Origin: Rickettsiales bacterium
Lineage (GTDB): Bacteria > Pseudomonadota > Alphaproteobacteria > Rickettsiales > UBA8987
Length of the DNA stretch: 34,664 nt
Direction: 5' to 3'
Assembly: GCA_035909535.1 (NCBI GenBank)
Contig: JAMHZE010000046.1
Span: 1-34,664, forward strand
Shown: positions 25,760-34,664 of the stretch, piece after piece
Numbering within the stretch: the stretch's first letter is position 1
How the letters are laid out: each line of letters starts with the position of its first letter
The notes under the pieces: generated by a model
The model's database searches: none
The model's input: only the letters and a program-made list of their open reading frames with translations
What the model was told of the DNA's origin: nothing
Position numbers and translations under genes: made by a program

Positions 25760-26403
25760 ACAAGCGCCTGCTCTATGCTTTTTATGATCTTGTTCAGCTC
25801 TGCCTTACCGGCCTTATATGCATGCTTGTTGGCTATAAGGCGTGAGGTGACATCTGCCAGTTTCTCGCCTTCTACCATGTTATTGGCCTTAAGCGTATTG
25901 CCGGTGCTGACAAGATCTACAATGCGTCGGCACAGGCCAAGCTGCGGTGCAAGTTCCAGCGAACCGTTAAGCTTTATACATTCTGCCTGTATGCCTTTTT
26001 TAGCAAAATACTGTTTTGTAAAATTAACATATTTTGTGGCAACCTTTATGTGGCTTTTGTTCCAGAATTCCTTGTCATCTACATATTTTGCTGGCGCAGC
26101 AACAGAAAGCCTGCAACGGCCAATGCCGAGATCCAGTGGAGAGTAGATGTTATCGTAATCGAATTCCATGAGGACATCATTACCGCAGATACCTAAATGC
26201 GCTGCACCAAAGGCAACAAAAGTAGCGACATCAAAACTGCGTACTTTTATAAGTTTGAGATTTTTCTGCGCGGTATCGAATACCAGCTTTCTGGAGTCAT
26301 CAGAAAAAAAATCTTTCTCAGGCTCTATGCCGGAGCGTTCAAGCACAGGTTTCAGCTCTGTTAAAATCCTGCCTTTCGGAACCGCAAAAACGATATTTTC
26401 CAT
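25756..26403 (-). CDS. hisG: ATP phosphoribosyltransferase, short form (HisG-S)
   Basis: 215 aa. …FAVPKGRIL…, …IKVRSFDVATFVAFGAAHLGICGNDVLME… and …RIVDLVSTGNTLKAN.M…. It lacks the C-terminal regulatory domain of about 80 aa found in long-form HisG. Its stop overlaps the hisD start (ATGA). Confidence 0.93.
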   Translation of the reverse strand: MENIVFAVPKGRILTELKPVLERSGIEPEKDFFSDDSRKLVFDTAQKNLKLIKVRSFDVATFVAFGAAHLGICGNDVLMEFDYDNIYSPLDLGIGRCRLSVAAPAKYVDDKEFWNKSHIKVATKYVNFTKQYFAKKGIQAECIKLNGSLELAPQLGLCRRIVDLVSTGNTLKANNMVEGEKLADVTSRLIANKHAYKAGKAELNKIIKSIEQALV

Positions 26404-26431
26404 AATAAATAAACCCTTAACAGCAGACTGA

Positions 26432-27289
26432 CTAGCCCTGTTCTTCGATAATGTCTATCAATTCCTTTATGCCTTGTATGTCGGCATTAGGGTTAGGGTA
26501 TTTTTCCAGATATTTTTCAGCACGTTCGGTAAAAGCGCCTATCTCTTCCTGACGGGTGATTGTTTGCACATCCTGCATTACCCATACCGCTTGAGATGTA
26601 GAGCCAGCCTCTAGCAGTATCTCTGCATATGAGAGCATTTGCGGCACCTGATCGGCGCTAAGTACGCGACCACCACCGGCAGAGAGATCTGTACCGACCT
26701 TGTTTATCTCTACAAAATTACCGAGGTTCTTTTTTAGCCTGTCAACGAAACCGGCCTGGTCTGCGCCTCTATCGGACTGCTTGATGCCTTTTCTATCGTT
26801 GTACCAGTGCTCTACCAGTGTTTTAACATCATAAAACATCTGCTTAACCTGAGTGAGTTCCTCGTTACGGGTTTTAGATGTCTGGAAGACATCAACCAGC
26901 TTGTTACGCACCAGCTTAAGCTTCTCGCCAGAGTTCATGTTACGCAGCTCTTCCTTAAGAGCCTCGCGATTTTCCTCAGCGGTGAGTGGGCTTTCAGAGG
27001 TCAGCACATCTGCTTCCGGTTTGAAATCATAGCGCTCAGCAGGATTATATTCGCCACCGAAATCTTCTCTAGTATCCAGTATCTTTACCAGCTCGCCCAC
27101 CTTATCGTAAACATAGCCTACCTTCTGGTCGGAGATGGTCATGGTGGAGAGTTTATTGGATATGCTGGTTACCTTGAACACAACATATACTAAACCAATT
27201 ACACATACGGCAACCAGCGCCATCTGCGCAGTGGTTACTTTCTTTATCGAGGACTTTTTAACGACCTCGTATGATTCTTTATTTGCCAT
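26432..27289 (-). CDS. Hypothetical N-terminally membrane-anchored, coiled-coil-rich protein
   Basis: 285 aa with a single TM near the N-terminus (AQMALVAVCVIGLVYVVFKV), then a charged helical region and a C-terminal helical segment …MLSYAEILLEAGSTSQAVWVMQDVQ…IGAFTERAEKYL…. It lies co-directionally between birA and hisG with gaps of about 30 nt. I recognise no family with confidence. Confidence 0.6.
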   Translation of the reverse strand: MANKESYEVVKKSSIKKVTTAQMALVAVCVIGLVYVVFKVTSISNKLSTMTISDQKVGYVYDKVGELVKILDTREDFGGEYNPAERYDFKPEADVLTSESPLTAEENREALKEELRNMNSGEKLKLVRNKLVDVFQTSKTRNEELTQVKQMFYDVKTLVEHWYNDRKGIKQSDRGADQAGFVDRLKKNLGNFVEINKVGTDLSAGGGRVLSADQVPQMLSYAEILLEAGSTSQAVWVMQDVQTITRQEEIGAFTERAEKYLEKYPNPNADIQGIKELIDIIEEQG

Positions 27290-27319
27290 GCAATAACCCT
27301 AATGATTTTTTCTGCTTTT

Positions 27320-28033
27320 TTAAGCAAAAACTTCACCTGCGGCGTATTCTGACATGCCATTTGTGGTCTCTATAACCAAATTGCCAGAAGGGGCTATACC
27401 TCTGATAATACCAGATACACGCTTGCCGCCTATATCCAGCTCGGCATGGCTATCTATCTGATAAAGGCAGGAAACCACCTGCTGCCTTATGGGTTCGAAA
27501 CCGCTTGCAGTATATTGCTTAAGCAGGGTTTGGAAGTTTGTGAGTATATTTGAAAGGAGCTGGCTGGTATCAATACCGAATTCTGAAAGATTGCCTGCCT
27601 TGCGGCCGGAATCAAGATATGCTGGGTGCGAGGTGATGTTCACACCGATGCCTGTTACCAACCCGTTTTTGTGACGCTCGACCAGTATGCCGCAGCATTT
27701 GCGGCCTTCTATCATTACATCATTAGGCCATTTGATGTGGAGGTTAGGCGCTGTGTTTAATGATTGTGCAACGGCAAGTGCAGCGATGAACGGCAAATGT
27801 TGGGGCTGTGAGATTGCGCTATGGGTGCTGATGATGGACATAAAAAGGTTGCCCTCATCGGAAACCCATTCTTTACCGCCCCTGCCCCTGCCCGATTGCT
27901 GCTGTGCGGCTATGAGCACAAGATTATTCTGTGCGCCTGATTGCAGGATACGTTTTGCTTCTTCATTTGTGGAATCTAACAGAGGGTAGTGCCTTACCTC
28001 AAACCCGCCCTGTTTTGTGACCGTATATTCCAT
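27320..28033 (-). CDS. birA: Biotin--[acetyl-CoA-carboxylase] ligase (class I, no N-terminal HTH)
   Basis: 237 aa. The biotin-binding loop QQSGRGRGGKEWVSDEGNLFMS (GRGRxGxxW) and …WPNDVMIEGRKCCGILVE…. Its start overlaps the nuoN stop (TAATG). The nuoN-birA adjacency is common in alphaproteobacteria. Confidence 0.9.
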   Translation of the reverse strand: MEYTVTKQGGFEVRHYPLLDSTNEEAKRILQSGAQNNLVLIAAQQQSGRGRGGKEWVSDEGNLFMSIISTHSAISQPQHLPFIAALAVAQSLNTAPNLHIKWPNDVMIEGRKCCGILVERHKNGLVTGIGVNITSHPAYLDSGRKAGNLSEFGIDTSQLLSNILTNFQTLLKQYTASGFEPIRQQVVSCLYQIDSHAELDIGGKRVSGIIRGIAPSGNLVIETTNGMSEYAAGEVFA

Positions 28034-29502
28034 TAGAATAATGGCGCTACCGCCTTGGATGTTACATCAAGAATGCATGATGTAAAGAACAGCAGCAGAA
28101 GCGTGAACGCTACTGAGAACGCGATAAGCGCGCGCAGCATAAAGCCGTTATGAGCTATGTTGCTTGCGCCTTCATCAAAATACATAACTTTTACTATACG
28201 CAGATAGTAGAAGCACGCCACCACGCTGGATACTACACCTATTATTGCAAGGGTGATGAAGCCGGATGCTATAGCCTGTTTGAACAGGAAGAATTTTGCG
28301 AAGAAGCCCGCCATAGGAGGTATACCCGCAATGGAGAACATAAGCGTTGCAAGAGCAAGAGCAAGTATAGGATTGGTACGACCCATGCCTGCGAGATCCG
28401 ATATTTTATCCATTTCACCTTCTGAATTCTGCACCAGAGAGATTATGGCGAAGATGCCGATGGAGCCTATCATGTAGATGGTGAGGTAGATGAGGCCGGC
28501 TTCTATAGCGGCGCGGGAACCTATTACCAGTGCGATAAGCATGTAACCCATATTAGCGATGGAGCTGTATGCAAGCAGGCGCTTTATATTGCTTTGGCGC
28601 AGCGCTGCAAACGCACCAAGCACCATAGAAAGTATGGATACAATAAGAATGATAGGCATGAAGGATTTGAAGACCGCGACATCTATGCTGCTTAGGAACC
28701 TGATGAAGAATGCAAGCGCGGCAACCTTAGGCGCTGTTGCAATGAAAGCGACCACGGTTTTTGTTGAACCTTCATAGACATCTGGCGCCCACATATGCAT
28801 TGGTACGGCAGAAAGCTTGAAGAACAGGCCAGCCATTACCAGCACGATACCGAACACCATACCCGGTGATACAGCTGCTATGTTCTGGTTTGTTTTTAGT
28901 ATGGTAGCAATTTCTGAGAGGTTGGTAGAACCTGAGAAGCCATAGATGAGAGATATACCGAAAAGGATAACGCCCGATGCCAGCGCACCGAGAACGAAGT
29001 ATTTTACGCCTGATTCTGTAGCCTGTGTGCTATCGCGGTTGATGGCAACAAGTATGTACAGCGCAAGGCTTTGCAGTTCCAGACCGATATAGAATGCCAT
29101 GAGATCATTCGCAGAGACGAGCACGAACATGCCCACTACCGCAAGTACCATAAGCACCGGGAATTCGAACACGTTACGGCTGGAGCCTGCGTAATAAGTA
29201 GTGTTGGCAGCGATTACGCAGATAGATGCGGAAAGCAGAAGGATAAGCATTTTTGCGTAATAGGCGAAGTTATCGAAAATAAAGCCTTTGCTGAAAACGG
29301 TTATGCTGTAAGAGCCAGCACCTGCACGGGCTGCGGAATCGCACAGGATGAATGCAGCGACAACCATGCCAGCTGTTGCCAGATGGAAAAGAACGCGCGT
29401 AGTGCTGTTACGGCTCTGCCTGAACACGCCAAGCATAAGCAGGAACATTGCGAAAATGCTCAGGAATATCTCCGGCCTTGCGTATGTAAGTCCTTCTATC
29501 AT
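28033..29502 (-). CDS. nuoN: NADH-quinone oxidoreductase subunit N
   Basis: 489-aa polytopic antiporter-like subunit at the last position of the nuo array. …MWAPDVYEGS.T.V.AF…. Confidence 0.95.
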   Translation of the reverse strand: MIEGLTYARPEIFLSIFAMFLLMLGVFRQSRNSTTRVLFHLATAGMVVAAFILCDSAARAGAGSYSITVFSKGFIFDNFAYYAKMLILLLSASICVIAANTTYYAGSSRNVFEFPVLMVLAVVGMFVLVSANDLMAFYIGLELQSLALYILVAINRDSTQATESGVKYFVLGALASGVILFGISLIYGFSGSTNLSEIATILKTNQNIAAVSPGMVFGIVLVMAGLFFKLSAVPMHMWAPDVYEGSTKTVVAFIATAPKVAALAFFIRFLSSIDVAVFKSFMPIILIVSILSMVLGAFAALRQSNIKRLLAYSSIANMGYMLIALVIGSRAAIEAGLIYLTIYMIGSIGIFAIISLVQNSEGEMDKISDLAGMGRTNPILALALATLMFSIAGIPPMAGFFAKFFLFKQAIASGFITLAIIGVVSSVVACFYYLRIVKVMYFDEGASNIAHNGFMLRALIAFSVAFTLLLLFFTSCILDVTSKAVAPLF

Positions 29503-30977
29503 CAGTTGAACCTCTTTAAAAGCTCGGCCACGGAGACCGATATATCGTTAGTTACCAGCCAAGGCACTATACCGTATAGCACGATGAGCAGGGCAAGCGG
29601 GTACAGGCAGAGTTTTTCCGTGAAGGTGAGATCTGCCATGTGTTTGACCTCTTTATTAACTATCTCGCCGTAAACAACACGCTTATACAGCCACAGCATA
29701 TATGCAGCGCCAAGTACCACACCAGTTGCAACGAATATTGCGGTGAAGATGCTGTCACGGAAGACGCCGAGCATTACAAGGAATTCTCCCACGAAGCCGC
29801 TGGTAGCAGGCAGGCCGACTGAAGCCATTGTGTAGATAGCGAACATAAGCGCGAATTTAGGCATTACGGTTACTACGCCGCCATAGGCATCTATGCGCTT
29901 GGTGTGCATGCGGTCATACAATACGCCAACGCAGAGGAACAGCGCAGCGGATACTAAACCATGTGAAAGCATCTGGAATATTGCGCCCTGCACGCCTTGC
30001 TCATTAAGGGCGAAGATGCCAACAGTTACGTAACCCATATGCGCGACAGATGAATAGGCTATCATCTTTTTCATATCTTCCTGCATCAGCGCGACCAGAG
30101 ATGTATAGACCAGCGCGATACATGAAAGCGCGTAAACGAACGGTACGAAATATTCAGATGCATCCGGCAGCATTGGCAGCGAGAAACGCAGGAAACCATA
30201 CGCACCAAGCTTAAGCAGTACGCCCGCAAGCATTACCGAACCAGCCGTTGGAGCCTGAACGTGAGCATCTGGCAGCCATGTATGGAACGGCCACATAGGA
30301 ACTTTTACCGCGAATGATGCGAAGAATGCGAGCCATAGTATCTGCTGTATACCGAGGGTGAGTTCTGGCGCTTGCGCGGTTAGCGTTGGGATATCGGTAG
30401 TGCCGAACTGCGTGTACAGATACAGTATTGCAAGCAGCAGGAACACCGAGCCAAGCAGGGTATAGAGGAAGAACTTCATTGCGGCATAGACGCGGTTTTC
30501 AGCACCCCATACACCTATTATGATGAACATTGGTATAAGAGAGGCTTCAAAGAAAACGTAGAACAGAACGAAATCGAGCGATACGAAAACACCTATCACC
30601 AGAGCTTCAAGCAGCAGGAACAGCGCCATGTATTCCTTCAGCTGGCGTGTGATTGAGCTCCAGCTGGCGAGCACGCATATTGGTGTTAGGAAGGCTGTTA
30701 GTACGACGAGATAGATAGAGATGCCATCTATACCCAAATGGTAGAAGATGCCGCTATTCTTTATCCACTCGAACTTCTCTACGAACTGGAAGCCGGTTGC
30801 AGTGCTATCAAAGCAGCAGAGCAGACACATGGAAAGAATGAAAGTGATAGTAGAGAACGCAAGTGCGCCGTATTTTGCATTACGGTCTGAATGGCGACCA
30901 CGGCATGCGAGCAATATCAGTAACGCTCCCGCAAGCGGAAGGAAAGTGATGAGGGATAATATCGGTAATCCGTGCAT
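29502..30977 (-). CDS. nuoM: NADH-quinone oxidoreductase subunit M
   Basis: 491 aa. …KVPMWPFHTWLPDAHVQAPTAGSVMLAGVLLKLG.YG… is a typical NuoM/ND4 motif. Its position is between nuoL and nuoN. Confidence 0.95.
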   Translation of the reverse strand: MHGLPILSLITFLPLAGALLILLACRGRHSDRNAKYGALAFSTITFILSMCLLCCFDSTATGFQFVEKFEWIKNSGIFYHLGIDGISIYLVVLTAFLTPICVLASWSSITRQLKEYMALFLLLEALVIGVFVSLDFVLFYVFFEASLIPMFIIIGVWGAENRVYAAMKFFLYTLLGSVFLLLAILYLYTQFGTTDIPTLTAQAPELTLGIQQILWLAFFASFAVKVPMWPFHTWLPDAHVQAPTAGSVMLAGVLLKLGAYGFLRFSLPMLPDASEYFVPFVYALSCIALVYTSLVALMQEDMKKMIAYSSVAHMGYVTVGIFALNEQGVQGAIFQMLSHGLVSAALFLCVGVLYDRMHTKRIDAYGGVVTVMPKFALMFAIYTMASVGLPATSGFVGEFLVMLGVFRDSIFTAIFVATGVVLGAAYMLWLYKRVVYGEIVNKEVKHMADLTFTEKLCLYPLALLIVLYGIVPWLVTNDISVSVAELLKRFN

Positions 30978-30980
30978 TTC

Positions 30981-32927
30981 TTACCTTGTAATTAAATATG
31001 TGAGCATTGCTATAAGGCCTATCATCATTGCAAATGAATAGTGATAGACATAACCTGTTTGCATGCGGCGCAGCACTATACCTGCGCGGTCTGACAACCA
31101 TGCGAAACCGTTCGGGCCGAGGCCATCTATTATGCGCGTATCGATAGCCTTCCACAGCCATCTGCCGAGTTTTTTGGACGGGCGGACAAATAGGAAATCA
31201 TAGAGCTCATCAACATACCATTTGTTCTGCGAAAGCAGGTAAAGCGGCCTGAATGTTTGAGCTATTTTAGCCGGAAGCTTAGGAGCAAGAAGGTAAAGAA
31301 TGAATGCCAGAACAAAACCTATAGCGCCAACAACCAGCGGAGATTTTTTAACCCAGTAAGGAACATGGTGTGCAGCTTCATAGATGCTGTGTTCACCTGA
31401 AGAATTGGATATTGCGCCGTTCCAGAATTCCATAGAGGCATCTACTATGCCGTATTGTTTTGCAAACAACCCGCCGATGAACAACGCGCCAAGCGCCAGT
31501 ACGAATAGCGGGATTGTCATGGTAAGCGGAGATTCATGAGCGTGGTCGTAAGTGTGGTGGTCTGCCCTGGTTTTACCGTGGAAGGTTAGGAACACTAAGC
31601 GCCATGAGTAGAAAGCCGTTAGGAATGCGGTGAACAGGCCAACCCAGAATGCGTAATTGCCGAACCAGTTGCCTTCATGCCCGCTGGCATATGCAACTTC
31701 CAACACCATATCTTTAGAGTAATAGCCGGAAAGATACGGGAAGCCTGTTATTGCAAGCGTGCCGATAAGCATCATTACGTAAGTGAATGGTATCTTTTTC
31801 CAGATGCCGCCCATTTTGCGGATATCCTGCTCGTGGTGCATTGCGTGGATAACAGAACCTGCACCTAGGAATAACAGGGCTTTGAAAAAGCCGTGAGTGT
31901 AAAGATGGAAGATGCCGGCTGCGTAAGCAGAAACACCGCAGGCGAAGAACATATAGCCAAGCTGCGAGCAGGTTGAATATGCTATCACTTTTTTGATGTC
32001 GTTCTGGGTAAGGGCGATGGTTGCCGCAAAAACCGCAGTGGTTGCACCGACGAAAGTTACCATATTAAGCGCGAACGGAGAGAGTTCGAACAGTGGTGAA
32101 AGCCTTGCAACTAAGAAGATACCAGCCGTTACCATTGTTGCAGCGTGGATGAGCGCGGAAACCGGAGTTGGGCCTTCCATCGCATCTGGTAGCCATGTGT
32201 GCAGACCAAGCTGCGCGGATTTACCCATAGCACCAATGAAAAGAAGTACGCAGGTTAGCGTTATTGCATCGAAGCTGCATCCGAAGATGGTGAATACTTC
32301 ATCTACTTTAGATGGAGCTGCTGCGAAGATATCTTCAAACTGGATGCTACCGAACAGAACGAAAGCGGCAAACAGGCCGAGTGCCATGCCGAAATCTCCC
32401 ACGCGGTTGACTATGAACGCCTTCATTGCAGCGTTACACGCAGATTCTTTATTGTACCAGAAGCCGATGAGCAGGTATGAGCATAGGCCTACACCTTCCC
32501 AGCCGAGGAACACCTGAAGCAGGTTATCTGCCGTTACCAGCATTAACATGAAGAATGTGAATAGCGAAAGATAAGACATGAAACGCTGGCGGTGCGGATC
32601 TTCGCTCATGTAACCCACGGAATAGAGATGCACCAGCGATGATACGGTAGTAACAAGGCTGAGCATTATGGCGGTCAGCATATCTACGCGCAGATTCCAG
32701 TCTGCTACGAAGCTGCCCGTGCTTACCCAGTTAAGAAGCGTTAGCTTATAGGTGTTGCCCGACATGACATCAAACAGCACTATCCATGAGAATATTGCGG
32801 CAAGACCTGTACCGGAGAAAGTGATCAGCTGTGATGTGCGCGCAGAGAAACGTGCGGTGTTTAGACCCACAAGAACAGCCGCAATTAACGGCAGGAAAAC
32901 TATCGATTTTATCAGTAGTTCCATCAA
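30981..32927 (-). CDS. nuoL: NADH-quinone oxidoreductase subunit L
   Basis: 648 aa. …GWEGVGLCSYLLIGFWY…, …GKSAQLGLHTWLPDAMEGPTPVSALIHAATMVTAGIFL… and a long C-terminal amphipathic-helix extension typical of NuoL/ND5. Confidence 0.95.
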   Translation of the reverse strand: MMELLIKSIVFLPLIAAVLVGLNTARFSARTSQLITFSGTGLAAIFSWIVLFDVMSGNTYKLTLLNWVSTGSFVADWNLRVDMLTAIMLSLVTTVSSLVHLYSVGYMSEDPHRQRFMSYLSLFTFFMLMLVTADNLLQVFLGWEGVGLCSYLLIGFWYNKESACNAAMKAFIVNRVGDFGMALGLFAAFVLFGSIQFEDIFAAAPSKVDEVFTIFGCSFDAITLTCVLLFIGAMGKSAQLGLHTWLPDAMEGPTPVSALIHAATMVTAGIFLVARLSPLFELSPFALNMVTFVGATTAVFAATIALTQNDIKKVIAYSTCSQLGYMFFACGVSAYAAGIFHLYTHGFFKALLFLGAGSVIHAMHHEQDIRKMGGIWKKIPFTYVMMLIGTLAITGFPYLSGYYSKDMVLEVAYASGHEGNWFGNYAFWVGLFTAFLTAFYSWRLVFLTFHGKTRADHHTYDHAHESPLTMTIPLFVLALGALFIGGLFAKQYGIVDASMEFWNGAISNSSGEHSIYEAAHHVPYWVKKSPLVVGAIGFVLAFILYLLAPKLPAKIAQTFRPLYLLSQNKWYVDELYDFLFVRPSKKLGRWLWKAIDTRIIDGLGPNGFAWLSDRAGIVLRRMQTGYVYHYSFAMMIGLIAMLTYLITR

Positions 32928-32928
32928 C

Positions 32929-33261
32929 CTAGCCTTTCAAACTATTAATATCTTCCACTTCCACAGAGCCGCGGTTACGGTAATATATTACCAGTATCGC
33001 AAGCCCGATAGCGGCCTCTGCGGCGGCTACGGTAAGTATGAAGAAGGTGAATATCTGGCCTTTTATGTCGCCCAGATAAACTGAGAAGGCCACGAAGTTT
33101 ATGTTAACTGCAAGCAGCATCAGCTCTATCGCCATCATGATATTGATGATGTTCTTGCGGCCGAGGAAGATACCGCAAACACCGATGGTGAAGAGTATCG
33201 CCGCAACTGCGAGATAATGCTGAAGGCCGATATTAAGGAGCATGTTCGCGTTAGATTCCAT
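32929..33261 (-). CDS. nuoK: NADH-quinone oxidoreductase subunit K
   Basis: …[48 protein letters not shown]…[13 protein letters not shown]…. The start is ambiguous: the ATG at 33261 overlaps nuoJ by 11 nt, while the ATG at 33243 gives a more typical 104-aa product. Confidence 0.93.
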   Translation of the reverse strand: MESNANMLLNIGLQHYLAVAAILFTIGVCGIFLGRKNIINIMMAIELMLLAVNINFVAFSVYLGDIKGQIFTFFILTVAAAEAAIGLAILVIYYRNRGSVEVEDINSLKG

Positions 33262-33877
33262 CTACCCCCCTGCCCGTTTCTACATTTACTATACGCAGGG
33301 TATCTGCCCTGCTGCGCTTGTTCTGGTCTGACGCTTTCTGGCGACGAACGCCGCTGCGGTGACGAAGCGTAAGCACTATTGCGCCTATCATTGCGACAAG
33401 GAGTATCAAACCACAAAGCTGAAAGTACATTACATATTCTGTGTACAGAACATTTCCGATCGCATGGGCGTTGGTTACGCCTTCTGCTGCATCTGCGCCT
33501 ATTGGGGAGGCTTCAACCGGAACCTGATTGTGCACGGATGCATTCATTACCATTATCATTTCTACACAGAGAATAGCTGCAAGTATAAGACCGACAGGGA
33601 AATATGCCTGCACGCTTTTTTTGGCTTCGCCGGTTTTGATATTTAGCATCATCACCACGAAAAGGAAAAGCACCGCTACTGCGCCGACATAAACGATGAC
33701 CAGCAGCATTGCCAGCATTTCTGCGCCGAGCAGAATGAACAGACCGGCAGAGTTGAAGAATGCGAAGATAAGCCACAGCACGGAGTATACCGGGTTACGC
33801 GAGAACACAACCATGACACCAGCGCCAAGAGTAAGGGCAGAGAACATATAGAACAGGAGCGTAGTGAACTCTATCAT
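33251..33877 (-). CDS. nuoJ: NADH-quinone oxidoreductase subunit J
   Basis: 208 aa. …[55 protein letters not shown]… is a typical NuoJ/ND6 sequence. Confidence 0.93.
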   Translation of the reverse strand: MIEFTTLLFYMFSALTLGAGVMVVFSRNPVYSVLWLIFAFFNSAGLFILLGAEMLAMLLVIVYVGAVAVLFLFVVMMLNIKTGEAKKSVQAYFPVGLILAAILCVEMIMVMNASVHNQVPVEASPIGADAAEGVTNAHAIGNVLYTEYVMYFQLCGLILLVAMIGAIVLTLRHRSGVRRQKASDQNKRSRADTLRIVNVETGRGVDGI

Positions 33878-34353
33878 CTGAACGGAGCCTCCTCTTCCAG
33901 CCTTTTAGCAAGTATTGGTTCCCACCTGTCACCATTTGCAAGCAGCTTTTGCTTATTATATAGAAGCTCTTCATGGGTTTCTGTAGCGAATTCAAAGTTA
34001 GGGCCTTCTACTATTGCATCAACCGGACAGGCTTCTTCACACAGGCCGCAATAGATGCATTTGGTCATATCTATATCGTAACGCGTGGTACGGCGCGAAC
34101 CATCTTCGCGCTGCTCGGCTTCAATGGTGATGGCCTGAGCAGGGCATACGGCCTCGCACAGTTTGCAGGCGATGCAGCGTTCTTCGCCGTTGGAGTAGCG
34201 GCGCAGGGCGTGTTCACCACGGAAGCGCGTGGAAACCGGGCCTTTTTCATAAGGGTAGTTGATAGTGAATTTAGGCTTGAACATGTAGCTGAATGTACGC
34301 CACATACCCAATGCTATTTCTACCATTAAAAATCTGTTCAGATTACGTATCAT
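33874..34353 (-). CDS. nuoI: NADH-quinone oxidoreductase subunit I (2x[4Fe-4S] ferredoxin)
   Basis: MIRNLNRF…[42 protein letters not shown]…[16 protein letters not shown]…. I place the start at the ATG at 34353, overlapping the nuoH stop as ATGA, which gives 159 aa. The 45-aa upstream extension in the ORF track lies inside nuoH and is not NuoI-like. Confidence 0.95.
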   Translation of the reverse strand: MIRNLNRFLMVEIALGMWRTFSYMFKPKFTINYPYEKGPVSTRFRGEHALRRYSNGEERCIACKLCEAVCPAQAITIEAEQREDGSRRTTRYDIDMTKCIYCGLCEEACPVDAIVEGPNFEFATETHEELLYNKQKLLANGDRWEPILAKRLEEEAPFR

Positions 34354-34664
34354 TGCATGAACCTCCCGGTATGTACGAGATAGCCGGATACTATTACTAT
34401 CCAGATCAGCGACATTGGCAGGAACACCTTCCAGCCGAGGCGCATTAGTTGGTCGTATCTGTAACGTGGCAGTGCCGCACGAACCCACAGGAAGCAGAAT
34501 AGCAGGAACGCAACTTTAAGCGCGAACCACACGATGCCAGGTATAAGGTATAATACATCTATATCCAGCGGAGGAAGGTAACCGCCGAGGAACAGGATTG
34601 TTGTCATGCCGCACATAAGTATCATGTTCGCATACTCGCCCAGGAAGAATAGTGCGAAAGGCAT
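34350..34664 (-). CDS. nuoH: NADH-quinone oxidoreductase subunit H, C-terminal part (5' end outside the window)
   Basis: …[27 protein letters not shown]…[40 protein letters not shown]… is the conserved NuoH/ND1 C-terminus. The ORF runs to the window edge. Confidence 0.93.
   Translation of the reverse strand: MPFALFFLGEYANMILMCGMTTILFLGGYLPPLDIDVLYLIPGIVWFALKVAFLLFCFLWVRAALPRYRYDQLMRLGWKVFLPMSLIWIVIVSGYLVHTGRFMQ

Noticed and set aside
34354-34488. N-terminal extensions given by the ORF track for nuoI (to 34488), rpmI (to 2430), ahcY (from 6294), virB6 paralog 1 (to 20966) and paralog 3 (to 17108).
   Set aside because: In each case an internal ATG with an SD or an ATGA/TAATG coupling yields the conserved family N-terminus or a clean signal peptide. 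The extension overlaps the upstream gene or an SD and has no family resemblance.
1-34664. Search for tRNA/rRNA genes, CRISPR arrays, IS or transposase genes, prophage genes, toxin-antitoxin pairs and long direct or inverted repeats.
   Set aside because: The largest intergenic gaps (2419-2564, 7668-7849, 9409-9568, 23654-23771) show no tRNA-like T-arm or anticodon structure and no repeat-spacer periodicity. No ORF resembles a transposase, integrase or phage protein. I could not run a systematic repeat search, so short dispersed repeats may have been missed.

Overview
Gene-dense chromosomal segment with about 38 co-linear genes, small intergenic gaps, and no tRNA, rRNA, CRISPR array or mobile element that I can see. 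Gene content and order look alphaproteobacterial (nuoH-N followed by birA, ETF-ubiquinone oxidoreductase, short-form hisG, a stand-alone PAS-like protein). Left to right: a truncated pilin-like gene missing from the ORF track (1..580, -); pheS, rplT and rpmI (-); a 558-aa Q/N/P-rich protein with a FliK-like C-terminus plus an 85-aa companion (-); metC (-); a small PAS-like protein (-); ahcY (+); a MarR regulator and an orphan TAXI solute receptor (+); a tightly packed ispA / membrane protein / aroA / hisH / hisA array (+); then one long minus-strand array virB3, virB4, three tandem VirB6/TrbL-like genes, ETF-QO and a SemiSWEET (23653 down to 13576); dnaQ (+); and a second long minus-strand array nuoH(partial)-I-J-K-L-M-N, birA, a hypothetical anchored protein, hisG and hisD (34664 down to 24464). 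The most interesting content is the partial P-type type IV secretion locus. It has the Rickettsiales vir homolog (rvh) layout of virB3-virB4 plus multiplied, enlarged virB6 paralogs, with no B2, B5, B7-B11 or D4 in the window. Gaps of 21 nt or less join it to a respiratory flavoprotein gene and a SemiSWEET, and it sits in a genome that still encodes histidine, shikimate and isoprenoid biosynthesis. Other items worth follow-up are the Q-rich FliK-like protein, the pilin-like gene where pheT is expected, and an N-terminally anchored coiled-coil protein upstream of hisG. All functional calls come from my own reading of the translated sequences and their motifs; no database search was run.
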